Shown: piece after piece, positions 26,601 to 41,600 of the stretch
Position numbering within the stretch: the stretch's first letter is position 1
How the letters are laid out: each line of letters begins with the position of its first letter
DNA from: Mobula hypostoma
Taxonomy: Eukaryota
Reading direction: 5' to 3'
DNA: 64,000 nt
NCBI RefSeq assembly: GCF_963921235.1
Contig: NC_086108.1
Span: forward strand, 41,976,001-42,040,000
Program-made: the position numbers and the translations under genes
Notes under the pieces: model-generated
The model's database searches: none
What the model was told of the DNA's origin: nothing
Seen by the model: the letters and a program-made list of their open reading frames with translations, nothing else

Positions 26601-29600
26601 ACGAGGTTCTGCAAAGTGAGCTTAGAGAGTTGGGTGCTAGGTTAAAGGACAGGACCTCCAGGGTTGTGATCTCAGGATTGCTACCTGTGCTACATGCCAC
26701 TGAGGCCAGAAATAGTAAAATCATACAGTTTAAAATGTGGCTAAGGAGTTGGTGTAGGATAGAGGGCTTCAGAATTCTGCATCATTGGGCTCTCTTCCAG
26801 AGAAGGTGAGACCTATACTGAAGAGAGAGCTTGCACCTAAACCGGAGGGCGACTAATCCTTGCGAGAAAGCTCACTAGTGCTACATTGGGGGTGGGGAGG
26901 GGAGGGTTTAAACTAGAGTCGCAAGGGGATGGGAACCAGAGTGCTCAAACAGACAGTGGAGAGGTTGTGGAGACAGATGTTGTTACTGCTTCAAAGTCAG
27001 GAATCAAAGGTTGTGCATGGTGGGACTAATGCTCTCAGTTGCGTATATTTCAATGCAAGTAGCATTGTAGGAAAGGCAGATGAACTCAAGGCATGCATCA
27101 AAACCCAGAATTACTATATAATATTGTAGCCATTAGTGAGACTTGATTGCAGGAGGGTTAGGACTGGCACCTCAGTATTCTGTGGTTCTGTTGTTTTAGA
27201 TGTGAGAGAGTGGAGGGATTAAAGGGGGGAAGGGTGGTGTTACTAGTCAGGGAAAATGTTATGGCAGTGCTCAGTCAAGACAGACTGGAGAGCTTGTCTA
27301 GAGAGGCTTATTCGGCGTAAATGAGGAATAAGAAAGGTACTATCATGTTAATGAAGCTAGACCACCCAACAGTCCACAAGATTTAGCAGAACAAATTTGG
27401 AGAGAGATTGCAGACTGTTGCAAGAAACATAAGGTTATAATAGTCGGTGATTTTAACTTTCCTATACTGTAAAAGGACTAGATGGGATAGAGTTTGTCAA
27501 AAGTGTTCAAGAAAGTTTCCTGAATCAATACAAGAAGTTCCAACAAAAGAATGTGCAATACTTGATCTCCAATTAGGGAGTGAGACAGGGCAGATGATAG
27601 AAGTTTGTGTAGGGGACACTTTACATTAACTGATTAGTTTCAAGGTAATTATAGAAAAGGCTAGGTCTGGTCCTTGGGTTAAGACTCTAAATTAGAGAAA
27701 GGTCAACTTTGATGATATCAGAAAAGATCTGGCAAGTGTGGATTGGGACAGCTATTTTCTGGCAAAGGTGTACTTGGTAATTGGGAAGCCTTCAAAAGTG
27801 AAATTTTTAGTGTACAAAGCTTGTATGTGCCTATCAGAATAAAATGAAAGGTTAACAGTTTTAGGTAACTTTGCTTTTGAGAGACATTGAGCCCCTGGTT
27901 AAGAAAAAAAAAGGAGGTGCATAGCAGGTATAGGCAGATAGGAACAGATTGGGTGCTTATGGAGTATCAGAAGTGCAAGAGAACACTTAAGGAAGAAATC
28001 AGGAGGGCTGAAAGAAGGCCGACAAGGTGAAGGAGAATCCTAAGGGCTTCTACAGGTATGTATGTTAAGAATAAAAGGATTGCAAGAGACAAAACTGGTC
28101 CTCTGGAACATCAGAATAGTAACCTATGTATGGAGCCAAAAGAGATGGAGGAAAACCTTTTTACTTCTGTATTTACAGAATGGACACAGAGTCTATAGAA
28201 GGCAGGCAAAGCAGCAACAAAGTCCTGGAAACTATACAGATTACAGAGGAAGAAGTATTTGATAGGGTTATACTAAACTACGAGGGGTATAGATAGGGTA
28301 AGCGCAAGCAGGCTTTTCCACTGAGGTTGGGAGGCTACAACTAGAGGTCATGGGTTAAGGGTGAAAGGTGAAATGTTTAAGGGGAACATGAGGGGAAATT
28401 TCTATTTCTCCCGACACAAGAAAATAGGTGTATCGTTCTGATTCCCTTGGCACAACTGCATCATATCCTTGTTCAAACAGGGAGACAAAGCAACTACGGA
28501 CCTACTTCAGGTCCATGTGAAATAAGGAACCGTTTATCAGAAGTTGTGGATTATCTGTCCAACAATTCAACCCCGAAGGTTGAAGACTGAAATTGGCTAG
28601 TCTGGAAGTTGAGGCCTGATGGTTGAAGCCCCTGGTTCGGCCTGTCCCAAAGTCAGAGGCTCAGTGTCTGCCAGTCTCCAAGTATAGGCCAGGGACTGGA
28701 GGTTGGAGGCCCGGAGGTGGCCAGCCCTGGGATTAGAGGCCTGTCTCCGTGTATGAGTGGGAGGATCGATGAGAGGGAGGAAAGGAGTTTGTTTTGCTGC
28801 TGTTGTTGCATTGTTACTGTTGTTACTCATGTTGTTCGGCTGAAGATGGTGGGCATGCTACATTGCTGCCAGAATGTGTGGTGACACTTACAGGTTACCC
28901 CTGCACTTCCTTAGGTTGTGCTGGTTGTTAAATCAAATGACACATTTCACTCTATGTTTTGAAGTACATGTGATAAATAAATGAATCTGAATCTGAACCA
29001 AGGATACCACAGCCAATTCTGACACTTGGTTTGAAGATATGTACCTTATCCAGGTATAATTTGAATCCAATATTTGAAAACCCCATCTTACCCAATCAGT
29101 CACTATTCACTTACAGAAAGCATTATGATTATCTGATTATGTAGCACTTTCCAAATCTTTGTGCTCTTGGTAAAACACAATGAATTGTCTTTTCATTCTA
29201 TGTAGCGCCACTAAAATGCATCCAGAGATTTCCTTTCTCATCATGTCAATTCACTTCATCTAAAGTAATGGAAGCATGTTTACTTCTTGTAATTCAAGGC
29301 AATATATCTGTGAACTGTACTCCTTAACACGAGATGTGATTACAATCATTCAAGAGTAAAACTGTACCACACTTTTTTGAGTGGTGTTGAGTAATTATCG
29401 CATATTCTTCCAAGTAGCTGTATCCTTGGGCACTCCTAGGGGACCCATATTTTAATGCCACTGTGGCTGGAACTCCACAAGATAAAACCTGTAACTTATC
29501 TGCTCTGCCACCATTCTCCTTCTACCCATCATGTTAACAAACAACCCACCCACCAGGCCCAGTCTGATCACAACACACTCCTCAAATAGCCTAACCCCTC

Positions 29601-32600
29601 AGCCCTGAACTCCCAGCTTTCTTAATGGAAGCCTGATTCATAGAATGCCCTGACTGAGCCTTGATTACTCATTCAAGTTTTGGTGCCTCCAAATGGCCCA
29701 AGATCTCCAAACCAAAATGCAGTAATATCCAACCAGACCCCACATTCTCCACTCGCAATCCACCCCAGTCTGTGCCACCAGCCTCTAATTGGACCACGAC
29801 CCATTCTAACCCTATTCAGAGACACCAAACAAGATGATGCAATGGTTGTTCAATGGCAAGGCCCTGAACATGGCTGAGGTTCATGGCAGTGGGTCACAAC
29901 CAAGGGGCTGCAGATATGTTATGCACCAGCTGAACAGTATACCCCCTTTGGACACAGATTAAATTCCAAATCATAATTTGTAATGCTCAGACAGTCATTC
30001 TTTCCACATGTTTTTTGGCTTGTAGTAGGTATTACATTATTAAATATAAAATAAAAATACCAGAAATTACTCAGTGCGGAGTAGCATGGTCACCTGAAAT
30101 TTGATTTTCTTTTTCAGATGGAATCAGTTTACTACATCTTTCTGCTTAATTCAATTTTGAAGTTTACATTTTATATCAGAGTATTGATTATATTATGATC
30201 AAACTTGTTATAGATTATTTATAAGCATAGCCTTACCTTCTGTCTGTCCGCCCAGCTACTAGTACATTGTGAGGTGCCAAATGATGTTCTACACTCCGGT
30301 AGTAAGCATGTATAAATATCAAGTCCTCGTAGCCTGGAAGTGAAAAAGGAACACTGTATTTCAGCTCACAATAACACAAGATGTTTCAGCTTTCACCTTG
30401 GATAGCAATCATTTATTGATCCTGATGACTCAGTACAACACCAGCACCAAACTACCAGAATAGAGTGGAAGTTAGTTATTGGTAACTGAAGTCATAGATT
30501 TACACTGCATATGTAAAGACCTCCTACTGATCACATAAATCCTCCTCAGCTTCCTGCATTTTTCATTCAAGAGGTGTGGACTTCACTGGCAATGTCAGCA
30601 TTTATCACCCATCCCTATTTGACCCTAAGCAACACTGGTGAATCTACAGTCAGACATCGCCCAGACCGCATATGAGTATCAGATTTCTTTGTCTAATGTG
30701 CTTTAACAACAATTCTGCAGTTTTGTGCTATTACTGAGGTAATATTTTTGATTCAATGCCAGATTAATTGAACAACTAATTTAAATTCCCAGCTGCCATT
30801 TCTCAGATTAGAATTCATGAATCCAGGTCACTATTCTGGAATACTGGCTGATCATTCAGTAACACAATTACCAGGGTACATATTCATTTATCTCGAGAGT
30901 GAAAAGTTAGGTTCTCTTTTCCATACTACGTATGTGCAGACAATTAAGGGATCTAATAAAGAATGATTGCACCTGTATTAAGAAAATTAGCTACAAGAAA
31001 TCCTTCTTTTAAATTGTATTAATAGTATCTTTTGCCCCAAAGCAGATTAGGACTCTATTCTTAACCAGGCTTGTCTTCTGGGATATTTCCATTTTAAGCA
31101 CCTTCAGTTTACAGTTTCATTCAGGGAAATGCCTATTTAGCTGTCAACTGATAGACTTAGAGTCTGCTTGGACTCATTACAAACTGCATGAGAGAAATGT
31201 GATATCTTTGAGGAACTTAAATGATTTTTTGAAAATGCATGGTTATGCCATTTCACAAGCTGCAGGTCAAGTCTTTCCTGTGCCCAACTAATATCGTAAG
31301 TAGTCCATCAAAATGCTCCTGTTACAGATAGAGATTTGAACAATAAATGCAGTAGACTAGTCCTTATGAAAGTATTGCAGATTCACCTTATAGAACAAAA
31401 AAATGTAGTACTTTTCATCTCAGTTTCTGATCATAAAGGAGTGCTGGCTCAATTCTTCTTGCCAATTGGAATACTTTTGTTGTTATTCCAGCTAAAGACA
31501 GCTACCTCAATGGGGATTTCTTCTTTATTGTTTACGTAGGGCTACCAACTAGCCTTGTATTCTCTTTCAAACTAATCCAGGTCTGTTGTGTTGAATTAGT
31601 CAACCTCTTCTAGAATATTCTCAGAGAGCTGGCTGTTACCAGTCTCCTCCTTGGCAACATTAAAATAAAGATAGATCAGCAGTATAGATGGTTGCCACTC
31701 AATGGGAAGAATCTCTTACAAAGATGATTAAAATACTACATGAGATTTGGATTGAGATTTTCAGTATCACTTACCTGATGTGAAGAGCCTAGATATCTCT
31801 GAACCAGGAACCCGGACTTCATCCACTCGGTCCCGAGCAGAAAGACATGTTGGTTTGTAAATAAGACCATTTTCCAAACTAGACAACTGACTTGCTTTCA
31901 TCTGCACATCTACAAGGTGAAATCAGGAAATGTTATGCAAAATGCTATCCACTTTTCCTCCCATCAGCCTACCTAAACTCCCTTTTCTGGAGTTTGATTC
32001 CCAGTGGTGCTGAGAAATCTTCAAAATGCCCCAAGGTGGCCACTACTGTAACATGAGCGAGAGCAGTGAGTGTGACCTAACAAATTCCAGTCCAGATTTT
32101 ACTCAACATCTACTCACAATCATTTCTGACACAAAACAAAATCGCAATCAGGAATAATGGCAGATCACGGAAAGATATAGAAGCAACAGGGTTATAGCAG
32201 TGGAGGACAGTAACTTTCCCAATATCGACTGGGATTGCCTCAGTATATGAAGCTTAAAGTTGAATCTGCAAAATATTTTTTGAGACAATATATAAACAAT
32301 CTTGCCAGAGAAGAGGTTGTATTTAACATCATCTTGGGAAATAAAACTGGGCAGTGGCAGAAATGCCAGCTGGGGAACTCGGAAAAGGTTACCACAATTC
32401 TGCTTCTTTCAAGGTAGTTACAGAAAACCATAATATTTGTCCTCAAGTTAAGGTCCTAAATGGTAGGAAGGATCATTTTGTAAGAGCAAAGAGCAGATGC
32501 TTGTGGTCAAAACAACATCTGACAAGTGAGTCTCTTTTTAAAAAAGTGTCAGCAAATGTTCAGGAACATTATGTTCCAATAAAGAAGGGAGTAAAAGATA

Positions 32601-35600
32601 ATCGAAGGCTTGATCAACAAAATATGAGCATATGAATGGAATGGGCAACTACAATCAAGCGAGTCCCTTCAGGAACATAGAGGGTAAAGGGAAGTATTTA
32701 ATAAGGAAACAAGGAAGGTAAAAAAGAGGAGATGAAAAAGAACATTTGATGGCTCAGAGTTTGCACTCACTGGAGTTTAGAAGAAAGAAGGGAATCTCAT
32801 TGGAACCTACAGAATTGAATATTGAAAGGGCTAAATAGACTGGACATGGAGAGCATGTTTCCTATAGTGGTGGGGTCCTGGACCAGAGGACACAGCCTCA
32901 GAATAGAAGGATGTCCCTTTAAAACAGAGATGATGGGGAATTTCTTCAGCCAGAGGGTGGTGAATCTGTGAAACTCACTGCCACAGATGGCTGTGGAGGT
33001 CAAGTTACTGGGTATATTTAAAGTGGAGGTTGACAGATTCTTGATTAGTCAGGACAGCAAAGGTTACAGGGAGAAGGCAGGAGAACGAGCAGTATGGAGG
33101 ACTGTGGTCTGGGTGCAGGTCGACGGGATTGGCAGATTAATAGTTTTAAAAGGACTAGATGGACTGTAGTTTCTGTGCTGTGGTGTTCTGTGACTCGATG
33201 CAAAAAAATTTAATAGAGCCCCAGAAATCTTGTTGTTTCCAATAGTACAGTGGGGTAGATCATATCCGATTCTGGCAATTTATCATTTTTACCCACTCCA
33301 GAACATGTAACACCTCCAGTTTAATACATAAATACTCCAGACTAACAATGTACCCTTCCCTGAATTCTGGGTGGGGATAGCCAGCCTGGCTTTGTGCAGG
33401 GGAAATCCTGTCTCACTAATTTTACTGAATTTTTGGAGAAGGTAGCAAAGGAGATTGATGAAGGCAGGGCAGTATAAGCTGTCTAAAAGGACTCTACAGT
33501 ACATCAGTAAATGATTTGATATGGTTCCATATTATAGGCCAATCCAGAAGGTTAAGGCACTTGGCATCCAAGGAGAATTACCTAAATCAATGCAAATTTA
33601 TTTTGATGATAGGAGACATCAAAAGGTAGTAATGGAAGGATTTTTTAATTGGAACTCTGTGACTATTAGTTAATCACAGGGATCAGTGCTGGGCCCTTTG
33701 CGGTCTGAGATATATACTAATGATTTTAATGTGAATATAACATGTTTGATTAGATAGTTGTGGATGACGTGAAAATTGCTGGGATTGTGGATAGCGCAGG
33801 CAGCTGTCTAAGGCTACAGCAGGATATAGATCAGTTGGAAAGTTGGGAAAAGCATTGGCAGTTGCAATTTAATCCTGACAAATGTACACTGATAAGTCAA
33901 ACAGGGATCGAACATATAGAGTAAATGGTAAAGCATTAAGGAAAGTCGTTGCGACCTTGGGGATCAACTCCCTGAAAGTGTCATCACAGGTGGATAGGGT
34001 GGTGAGGAAGATATATGGCATTCTTGCCTTCATAGACTCGACATAGAATACAAGAGTTGAGATATTATGTTGCAAATTTTACAAAATGTTGGTTAGTCCA
34101 CACTTGGAGTCTAATCACCACACAAGTGGAAAGGTGTGATGGCGCTGGAGAGAGTACAGAGAAGGTTCACCAGTATGCTTCCTGGATTGGAGGACTACAG
34201 ATATGGGAAGATATTGGCCAGGCTGGGCTCAGCGAAGGAGGCCCAGGGGTAACATGATAGTATATAAGCTTATAACAAGCACAGATTATAGATGGATTGT
34301 CAAAATGTATTACCGTGGTAAAGATAACAAAAACAAGAAAGCATAAGTTTAAAAAGAGAGGAAGGAGTATCCTGATATGTGAAACTCACTGTCAGAGGAA
34401 TCAGATACAATTAACCATGTTTAACAGGCGTTCAGACAGACACTTCAATTAACAAGGCACAGAAGGATACGAGTGTAAAGCAAGTAAATGGGATTAGTGC
34501 AGATGCATCATGGGGCTTTCTGTGCTAGACCTCTCTTTGGCCCGAGCTCCTCCATTGCATTATATACGTAAAATAGTCCCAACATCTAGTTCTTCCTTCA
34601 CAAAACCAGAAGCAGGCTCAGCAAGCTCAGTGATAGTCGCTCCTAGCACACCGGAGAACATTTGATAATTCAGCGCAAACCAGAACCTAGTAGCTTTCTT
34701 GTACATGACCTTGCTAGTCATTCTATAAAATGGCTGTGCCTTTATGAGGGTATTTTAAACAGTGGGAAAGGCCCTTCAACGTCTACTGTGTACTACTCAC
34801 AATCATTGAAGTGATCAGCTTAGGTATGTCAACTTAAAAAATTAAGTACAGGTCCTATAGGAATGAGAATAATACCAATCTTCAACCTAACCCTTACTTT
34901 CCAAAGGAAGAGATGGATGTTGTTACAGAGAGTATTTTGGAGTTAGGTAACATTGCAAACTACTAACTTCAGCAACCAACTTTAGACCTGAACGTGCACT
35001 GCAAATTAAACTTAAAATACAGCTCTGGACAATAGGTTTGTCGAGTTGTGAAAAGCAGCTAATTGAAAAACCAGACAATGTTGATTAACATTCATTTTGG
35101 GTGTCTGCAGTATGGGTGCGAAGAAGGAAGTGTGAAGGTCATATGTAATTGAAAAGAAGCATTGTAGACACATTGTAAATATAGAATTGTCCTTTAATCT
35201 TTTTGTCATGTAATATTGGGTGAAACAGGTCTCTTCCTCAAAAGGGTCACAATGTACTACCTGTTGCTCATTTTTGTTGGATGAACTACTTTATGTTCAC
35301 TAGGTTCAGTATCTCACTGGTGACTTTATTCACATTACAACATTTGGGGGCTCATCCAGGATACCTTCTTGTGACCCACTAAGTGGACAGCGATCTCAGC
35401 AGTCTAAGCAGGTGAATATTTTTAAAAGTTGCACACACTCAGACTTGTTCAGGTCGGCGGCTACAGGATCCAAGTTACCACGAGCATGGCAGAGAGCTGA
35501 ACTAATAGATATAAAAGTAGCAACACACATAAAAGTTGCTGGTGAACGCAGCAGGCCAGGAAGCATCTCTAGGAAGAGGTACAGTCGACGTTTCAGGCCG

Positions 35601-38600
35601 ACGAAGGGTCTCGGCCCGAAATGTCGACTGTACCTCTTCCTAGATGCTGCCTGGCCTGCTGCGTCAACCAGCAACTTTTACGTGTGTTGCTTGAAATTCC
35701 AGCATCTGCAGATTTCCTCGTGTTTGAGATATAAAAGTCGTGTGATATGTGTGCGTGCATGTGTGTTTATGTAAAAAAAACTAAACACGTCTGTGTTCAT
35801 TTGGTGAGACAGGGCCACCAATTGCAAAGGAAAGTGACTGATGGTTTTGGACACCAGATTGGGGGAGTGTTTACTCATTCCAGGAACCGTGTTTTGGCAG
35901 ACGCATTTACGTGTGTTCTGTTTTAATAATAGGTCTGTAGCCTTGGTGTAACAGTTAGATGCAAAGGAATGCAACAGGCATTATGAGTTCAGAGGCACAT
36001 AAGTAGCAGATTGCAGAGTACATACCCTGTGGTTTTAAGACTGTACTGTTTAACTTGTACCTGTCATGGTGCGATTAGTGTCCTGAGCTGCATATATTTC
36101 AACACAAGAAGTATCATAGGAAAGGCAGATGATAGTGTCGAAGATGAGGTAGCTGGCTTACAGAGGCAATGTGTAGTGAGGAGAGGCTGTTGAAAGGGTA
36201 AAATTGCAGTCAACAGGATGAGTTGCAACTTTAAAGGATGAATACAGGACTAAAGGAGTTATAATTGAATGCCCTCAGTATACAAAATAAGGTCAATGAA
36301 TTTGTAGAACAGTTGCAGATTGTCTTGTATGATATTTTAAGCATCACTGAACCACGGCTGAAAGAAAATTATAGCAGGGAGCTTAATGTCCAAGGATACA
36401 CATTGTATCAAAAGGACAGGCAGGAAGACAGAGGGGACAGCGTTGATCTGTAGGTAAAAAATGAAATCAAATCATCAGAAAGTGGTGTCATAGAATATAG
36501 AACAGAAATCTAAAGCACATCTCAGGCCCTTCAGCCCACAATGTTGTGCTGACCATGTAACCTACTCTAGAAGCTGCCTACCCTACTGCTTGGCCTATAT
36601 TTTTCTGAGCTCCAGGTACCTATCTAAGAGTCTCTTAAAAGACCCTATTGTATCCGCCTCCACCGCCGTCACCAGCAGTGCATTCCACGCACCCATCACT
36701 CTCCGTGTAAAAAACTTACCCCTGACATCCCAACTGTACCTACCTCCAAGCACCTTAAAACTGTGCCCCCTCATGTTAGCCATTTCAGCCCTGGGAAAAG
36801 CCTCTGACTATCCACATGATCAATGCCTCTCATTATCTTGTATGCCTCTATCAGGTCACCTCTCACCCTCCGTTGCTCCAAGGAGTAAAGGCCAAGTTCA
36901 CTCAACCTATTCTCATAAGGCATGCTCTCCAATCCAGACAACATCCTTGTAGATCTCCTCTGCACCCTTTCTATAATATCCACATCATAGGATCAGGTGT
37001 TGAAGCACTGTGGATAGAGCTAAGGAACTGCAAGGGTAAAACGACCCTGATGGGAGTTGTATAGAGACCCCCAAACAGTAGTAAGGATGTGGCTTACAAA
37101 TTACAATGGTACATAAAAATTGCATGCCAAAAGGGCAATGTTACACTGGTCATGGGGGATTTCAACATGCAGGTAGATCGGGAAAATCGGGTTGGTGCTC
37201 AATTCCAGGACAGGGAATTTCCAAAATGCCTATGGGATGGCTTTTTATAGTAGCTCGTGATTGAGCTCACTAAGGGGATTAGCTATTCTGGATTGGGTGC
37301 TGTGCAATGAACCAGAGTTGATTAGAGAGCTTAAGGTAAAAGAACCCTTAGGGGCAAGTGATCATAATATGATCAAATTTGAGAAGGAGAAGCTAAAGTC
37401 AGATGAATCAGTATTACAGTGGAGTATAGGGAATTACAGAGGCACGCGAGAGGAGTTGGCCAGAATTGATTGGAAAAGAACACTGGCAGGGATGACGGCA
37501 GAGCAGCAATGGCTGGAATTTCTGGAAGCAATTCGGAAGGCACAGGATATCTACATCCAAAGAGGAAGAAGTGTTCTGAAGGAAAGATGATATAACCATG
37601 GCTAACAAGAGAAGTCAAAGCCAAAGAAGGACATACAATCCAGCAAAAATTAGTGGGAAGTTAGAAGATTGGAAAGCTTTCAAATACCAACAGAAGGCAT
37701 CTAAAAAAGTCATTAAAGTAAAGATGGCAAGCTAGCCAATAATATTCAAGAGGATATCAAAAGTTTCTTCAGATATATAAAATGTAAAAGAGAAGTGAGG
37801 GTGGATATCGCACCACTGGAAACTATGCTGGAGAGGTAGTAGTGGGGGCAATGAAATGGTGGACAAACTGAATAAGTATTTTGCATTAGTCTTTACTGTG
37901 GAAGATACTGTCATGAAACTGAAGAATTCAAAGGAGGTTCACAAAAATGATTCCAGGATTGAATGTCTTGTCATATGAAGAATGTTTGATGGCTCTGGGT
38001 CTGTATTCACAGGAATTCCAAAGAATGAGGGGTGACATTATTGAAACCTATTGAATGCTGAAAGGCTTTGATAGAGCGGATGTAGAGAGGATGTTTCCTA
38101 TGATGGAAGAGTCTAAGACAAGAGGACACAGCTTCAGAATAGAGGGGCGTCCTTTTAGAACGGAGATGAGGAGGAATTTCTTTAGTCAGAGAGTAGTGAA
38201 CCTGTGAAATTCTTTACCACAGGCAGCTGTGGAGGCCAAGTCTTAAAGTGTATTTAAGGCAGAGGTTGATAGATTCTTGACTGGTCAGGGCATGAAGGGA
38301 TATGGGAAGAAGGCAGGAGATTGGGGCTGTGAGGAAAATTGGATCAGCCATGATGAAATGGTGGAGCAGAGTTGATGGGGGCCAAATTGCCTAATTCTAC
38401 TCCTATATCTTATTGTCTTACGGTCATTTATATTTTGCGTAGTGTGGACAATAGTGTGGAGATATTACATGGAGAGGTTTTACCCAGATATATCTGTCAG
38501 GATGGTACCTATTGAGGTCAAGCAACATCAGAACTCTGATGACCCCAAGCCAGCTCTTAACTTTGAATACGACCATTCATAAGCCCTTCACCCCCAGGGA

Positions 38601-41600
38601 GAAGAAGAGCATTTTGTCAATTAGGGTCACCTCTGAGAACGTAGAATTCTGCCACAAGCTCAAGGTAATGATTGAAATCCACCAGATGCACCCTGAAGAT
38701 ATCCATGTGTTGATAAAAGTGAAGTGCCCAAGGAATATGTGGGACAGTATGGCCCAGGGAGTGTGGGATGGTACACGGGCAACTACCGGGAACATCAGCG
38801 ATGAAGAGAGATATCGCTTCTTTAAAGGGGGAAGTGAGGCAGCGACTGGGAGGAGCTGAGAGTAATTGGGAAAGGATAATGTCTGTCATTCAGAAAGCTG
38901 ATGGGCCCGCCTTAGATTATGCAGAACACAGACATCGAGCATACGAGGAATATTCCGGGTTGGATAATCCAGGGAGGGACGACCCAGTCTTCCTGAAATC
39001 ACAAAAGGAAGGCCTGAGCTCAGCTCACCAGAAGGTTTTCGATTTGAGGATAGTGGTGGGATCATTAGTGTCATGAGCTGGCGAGATAGACCGGAGGATA
39101 GAGAAGTTGTAAGGTGGCTGTAGTGAATGTAGCTGCTGAGACGTCACAGAGGGCTTGCTTTGCTTCGTGTGCTAGCAGCTGGGACATGGAGCAAGGAACT
39201 GCTGGAGTAGGCATGGGAGGGTAAAGGAGATGGTGTGCTACAGCTGTGGCTTCTCAGGCCACGGTTGGAGGCAGTGCCCTGAAAGATGAGGAAATTGGGA
39301 AAATCACTCACCAAAGAAGGCAGAATCTACAGCAGCACCCTCTCTCAGATTATGGAGCTGGTGAGGTCAAACAGACGTCCGGCAGCAGCCTCTATGGCTA
39401 GTGGTGGTCATCCACAGATGTACACAAGAAATTTATTAGGGGGTCAACAACGTGAAACATTAGTGGGCACAGGATCGTCAGTATTGATAACTGATCTACC
39501 CTTGCCCACAACTGGATTGGCGATTTACATTACCAGTGCAGGAGGTGAAACAATGAGGGCAGAGAGAAGTCAGCCCTAGGTGCTTGAGATGGAGGGAGTG
39601 CAGCTTCCTGTAGATTTCTGGGTGTGCCCAAACAATGAAGGTACTATCCTGGAATAGACACACTGAGTAAGGCAGGTGCAATCATAGACTCAGGAAAAGG
39701 AGAATAACACGGACAAGACAAGGACGACGAACATGGGTGGCTCGCAAAGCGGCTAACACCGCCCACAGAGAGAGACAGCAGCCCAAGCAGGGGGAGAGGC
39801 AGGGCGATGTCTGGGAATCACGTCAGGAGGTCCCAAGTGTGGATGCCAAGCACAGTCAGGAGCTGTTAGAAGTAGTGCAGCTGCCTGAAGAGGTAGCAGT
39901 GATTAAAGTGAAGGGAGGGAGGGAATGTCGACTCAGACCATGAGAGGCCTGCGTCGGGCATTTTCACACCTTACAATGCGCAGATCGGAAGTCTGTGTGA
40001 GACGCCACTCCTCGCACAGACACTAGAGCAATGTGTGGTTAAGTGCCTTGCTCAAGGACACGAAAGCACTACCACAGCTGTGGCCCGAACCAGCGACCTT
40101 CAGGTCACTAGACGAACACCTTAACCACTTGGCCACGTGCCCAACGTGAAAGCTCACCAACGTAAAGTGAAGGCCCACCAGAAAGGGGAGAGTAAGGAGC
40201 CGAAAGGGAACAAGTGGGCAGACATCAGTGTGAGGAGGGCAACAGAAGACCAAGAAGAAACTACAACTGCCAATGTAGTAAGATTACATAGAGATGTGGA
40301 AGCTACCGGAACCAGGGTAACACATTGAGCGATCGAGCAAAGCAGCAGTGACATAGTGCTGATCAGAGAGAGCCAGAGGGAGGGACGGTAGTCCTCCCAG
40401 AGCCAGGTGACCAAGACGTGGTAAGGGAGCTGGTTGAAAGGACAGGTTTCACTCCCAAGTGGATATAACCACAGGTAATGCTCCGGACAAACAGGGCCTG
40501 TGTTGGTGCACAGTCCCGGCAAGGCAGCCAGTGGAAACACTGGACTCAGCTTAAACCACCTTCTTGTCACCCCTCTCAGACAGAGAAAGAGATAGCGTGT
40601 ACCCGGTAACAGTGCCATTGCAGAGAACCCAAGTAATGAGCACCAGCCGGCTGCATCAGACCTGACCACGCTCAGTGGAAGCAGACCTACAGCCAGCGCA
40701 AAGGCAGAGGGCACAGAGAGAGCGCGACAGCAAGCCGTGAATAACATGTTAAAATATAATGGTAACAGTACTCTGTGATGAAGGCTGGTTGCTGAAGGCA
40801 GATGATTAGTTGTACAGCATAGAATAGAAAAAATATTGGGGAAAATAGATGGGGAGGGATCCAAGTTCCAGCAGAGACATCAGGTTTCACAACTTCAATA
40901 GCATGGCAGACTGAGCAAGAGAAGAAATCGCACACACACAGCACCTGAGGGCAGTCCTCCCAGCCTGAATGGGGAGCAAATACAAATGAGCTGGGCCCTT
41001 TCAGTGGTTGGGCCAGCAAGCGACTGGACAGACCAGAAGGGGTGGCAACCGGGGAGAGGTTCTTGGAGACATTCCAACCCCTCCTGTACATCGGTGAGAG
41101 GGCTTGTGAGCCTGATACATTCACCTTGCTAGTGCCCCTGACCAGAGAGCCACTGAAGAGTTTGAGCTATCAGAGAATGAAGGGGTGAAGGTGAAGAATG
41201 TGATTAAACTGCAATCAGCCAGCAGGGAAGGGGGCAACAGGCATGCAAATGACAAAAGCTGCATTTTAAAGACTGTTGGTCAAATTTCAGAAACAACCTC
41301 TCTGCTTAGCATCTTGTAGGTAGCCATTAGGGATGATAGTGTAGATGTAGATGCACAGAGAGTAACAGGGAAGGGTTCCAAAGCAGAACATTTCTGTTGT
41401 CCTATTTGAGTAGATCCTCCTTAAGATTGACCGTTCCTGGTACAAATTTATTTTTATTCAGGATGCCAAAGAAGAGGACTGTTAGAGAGTATTCTGGAGT
41501 TAGATTATATAGCAAAATATTAACTTCAGCAACCAATCTTCAGGCCTGAACGTGGACTATAGATTAAATTTAAAACGCAGCTCAGGACAATAGGTTCCTT

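Noticed and set aside
40154..41124. 236-aa and 145-aa minus-strand ORFs
   Set aside because: Antisense to the purine-rich interior of the LTR element, with no recognisable domain.
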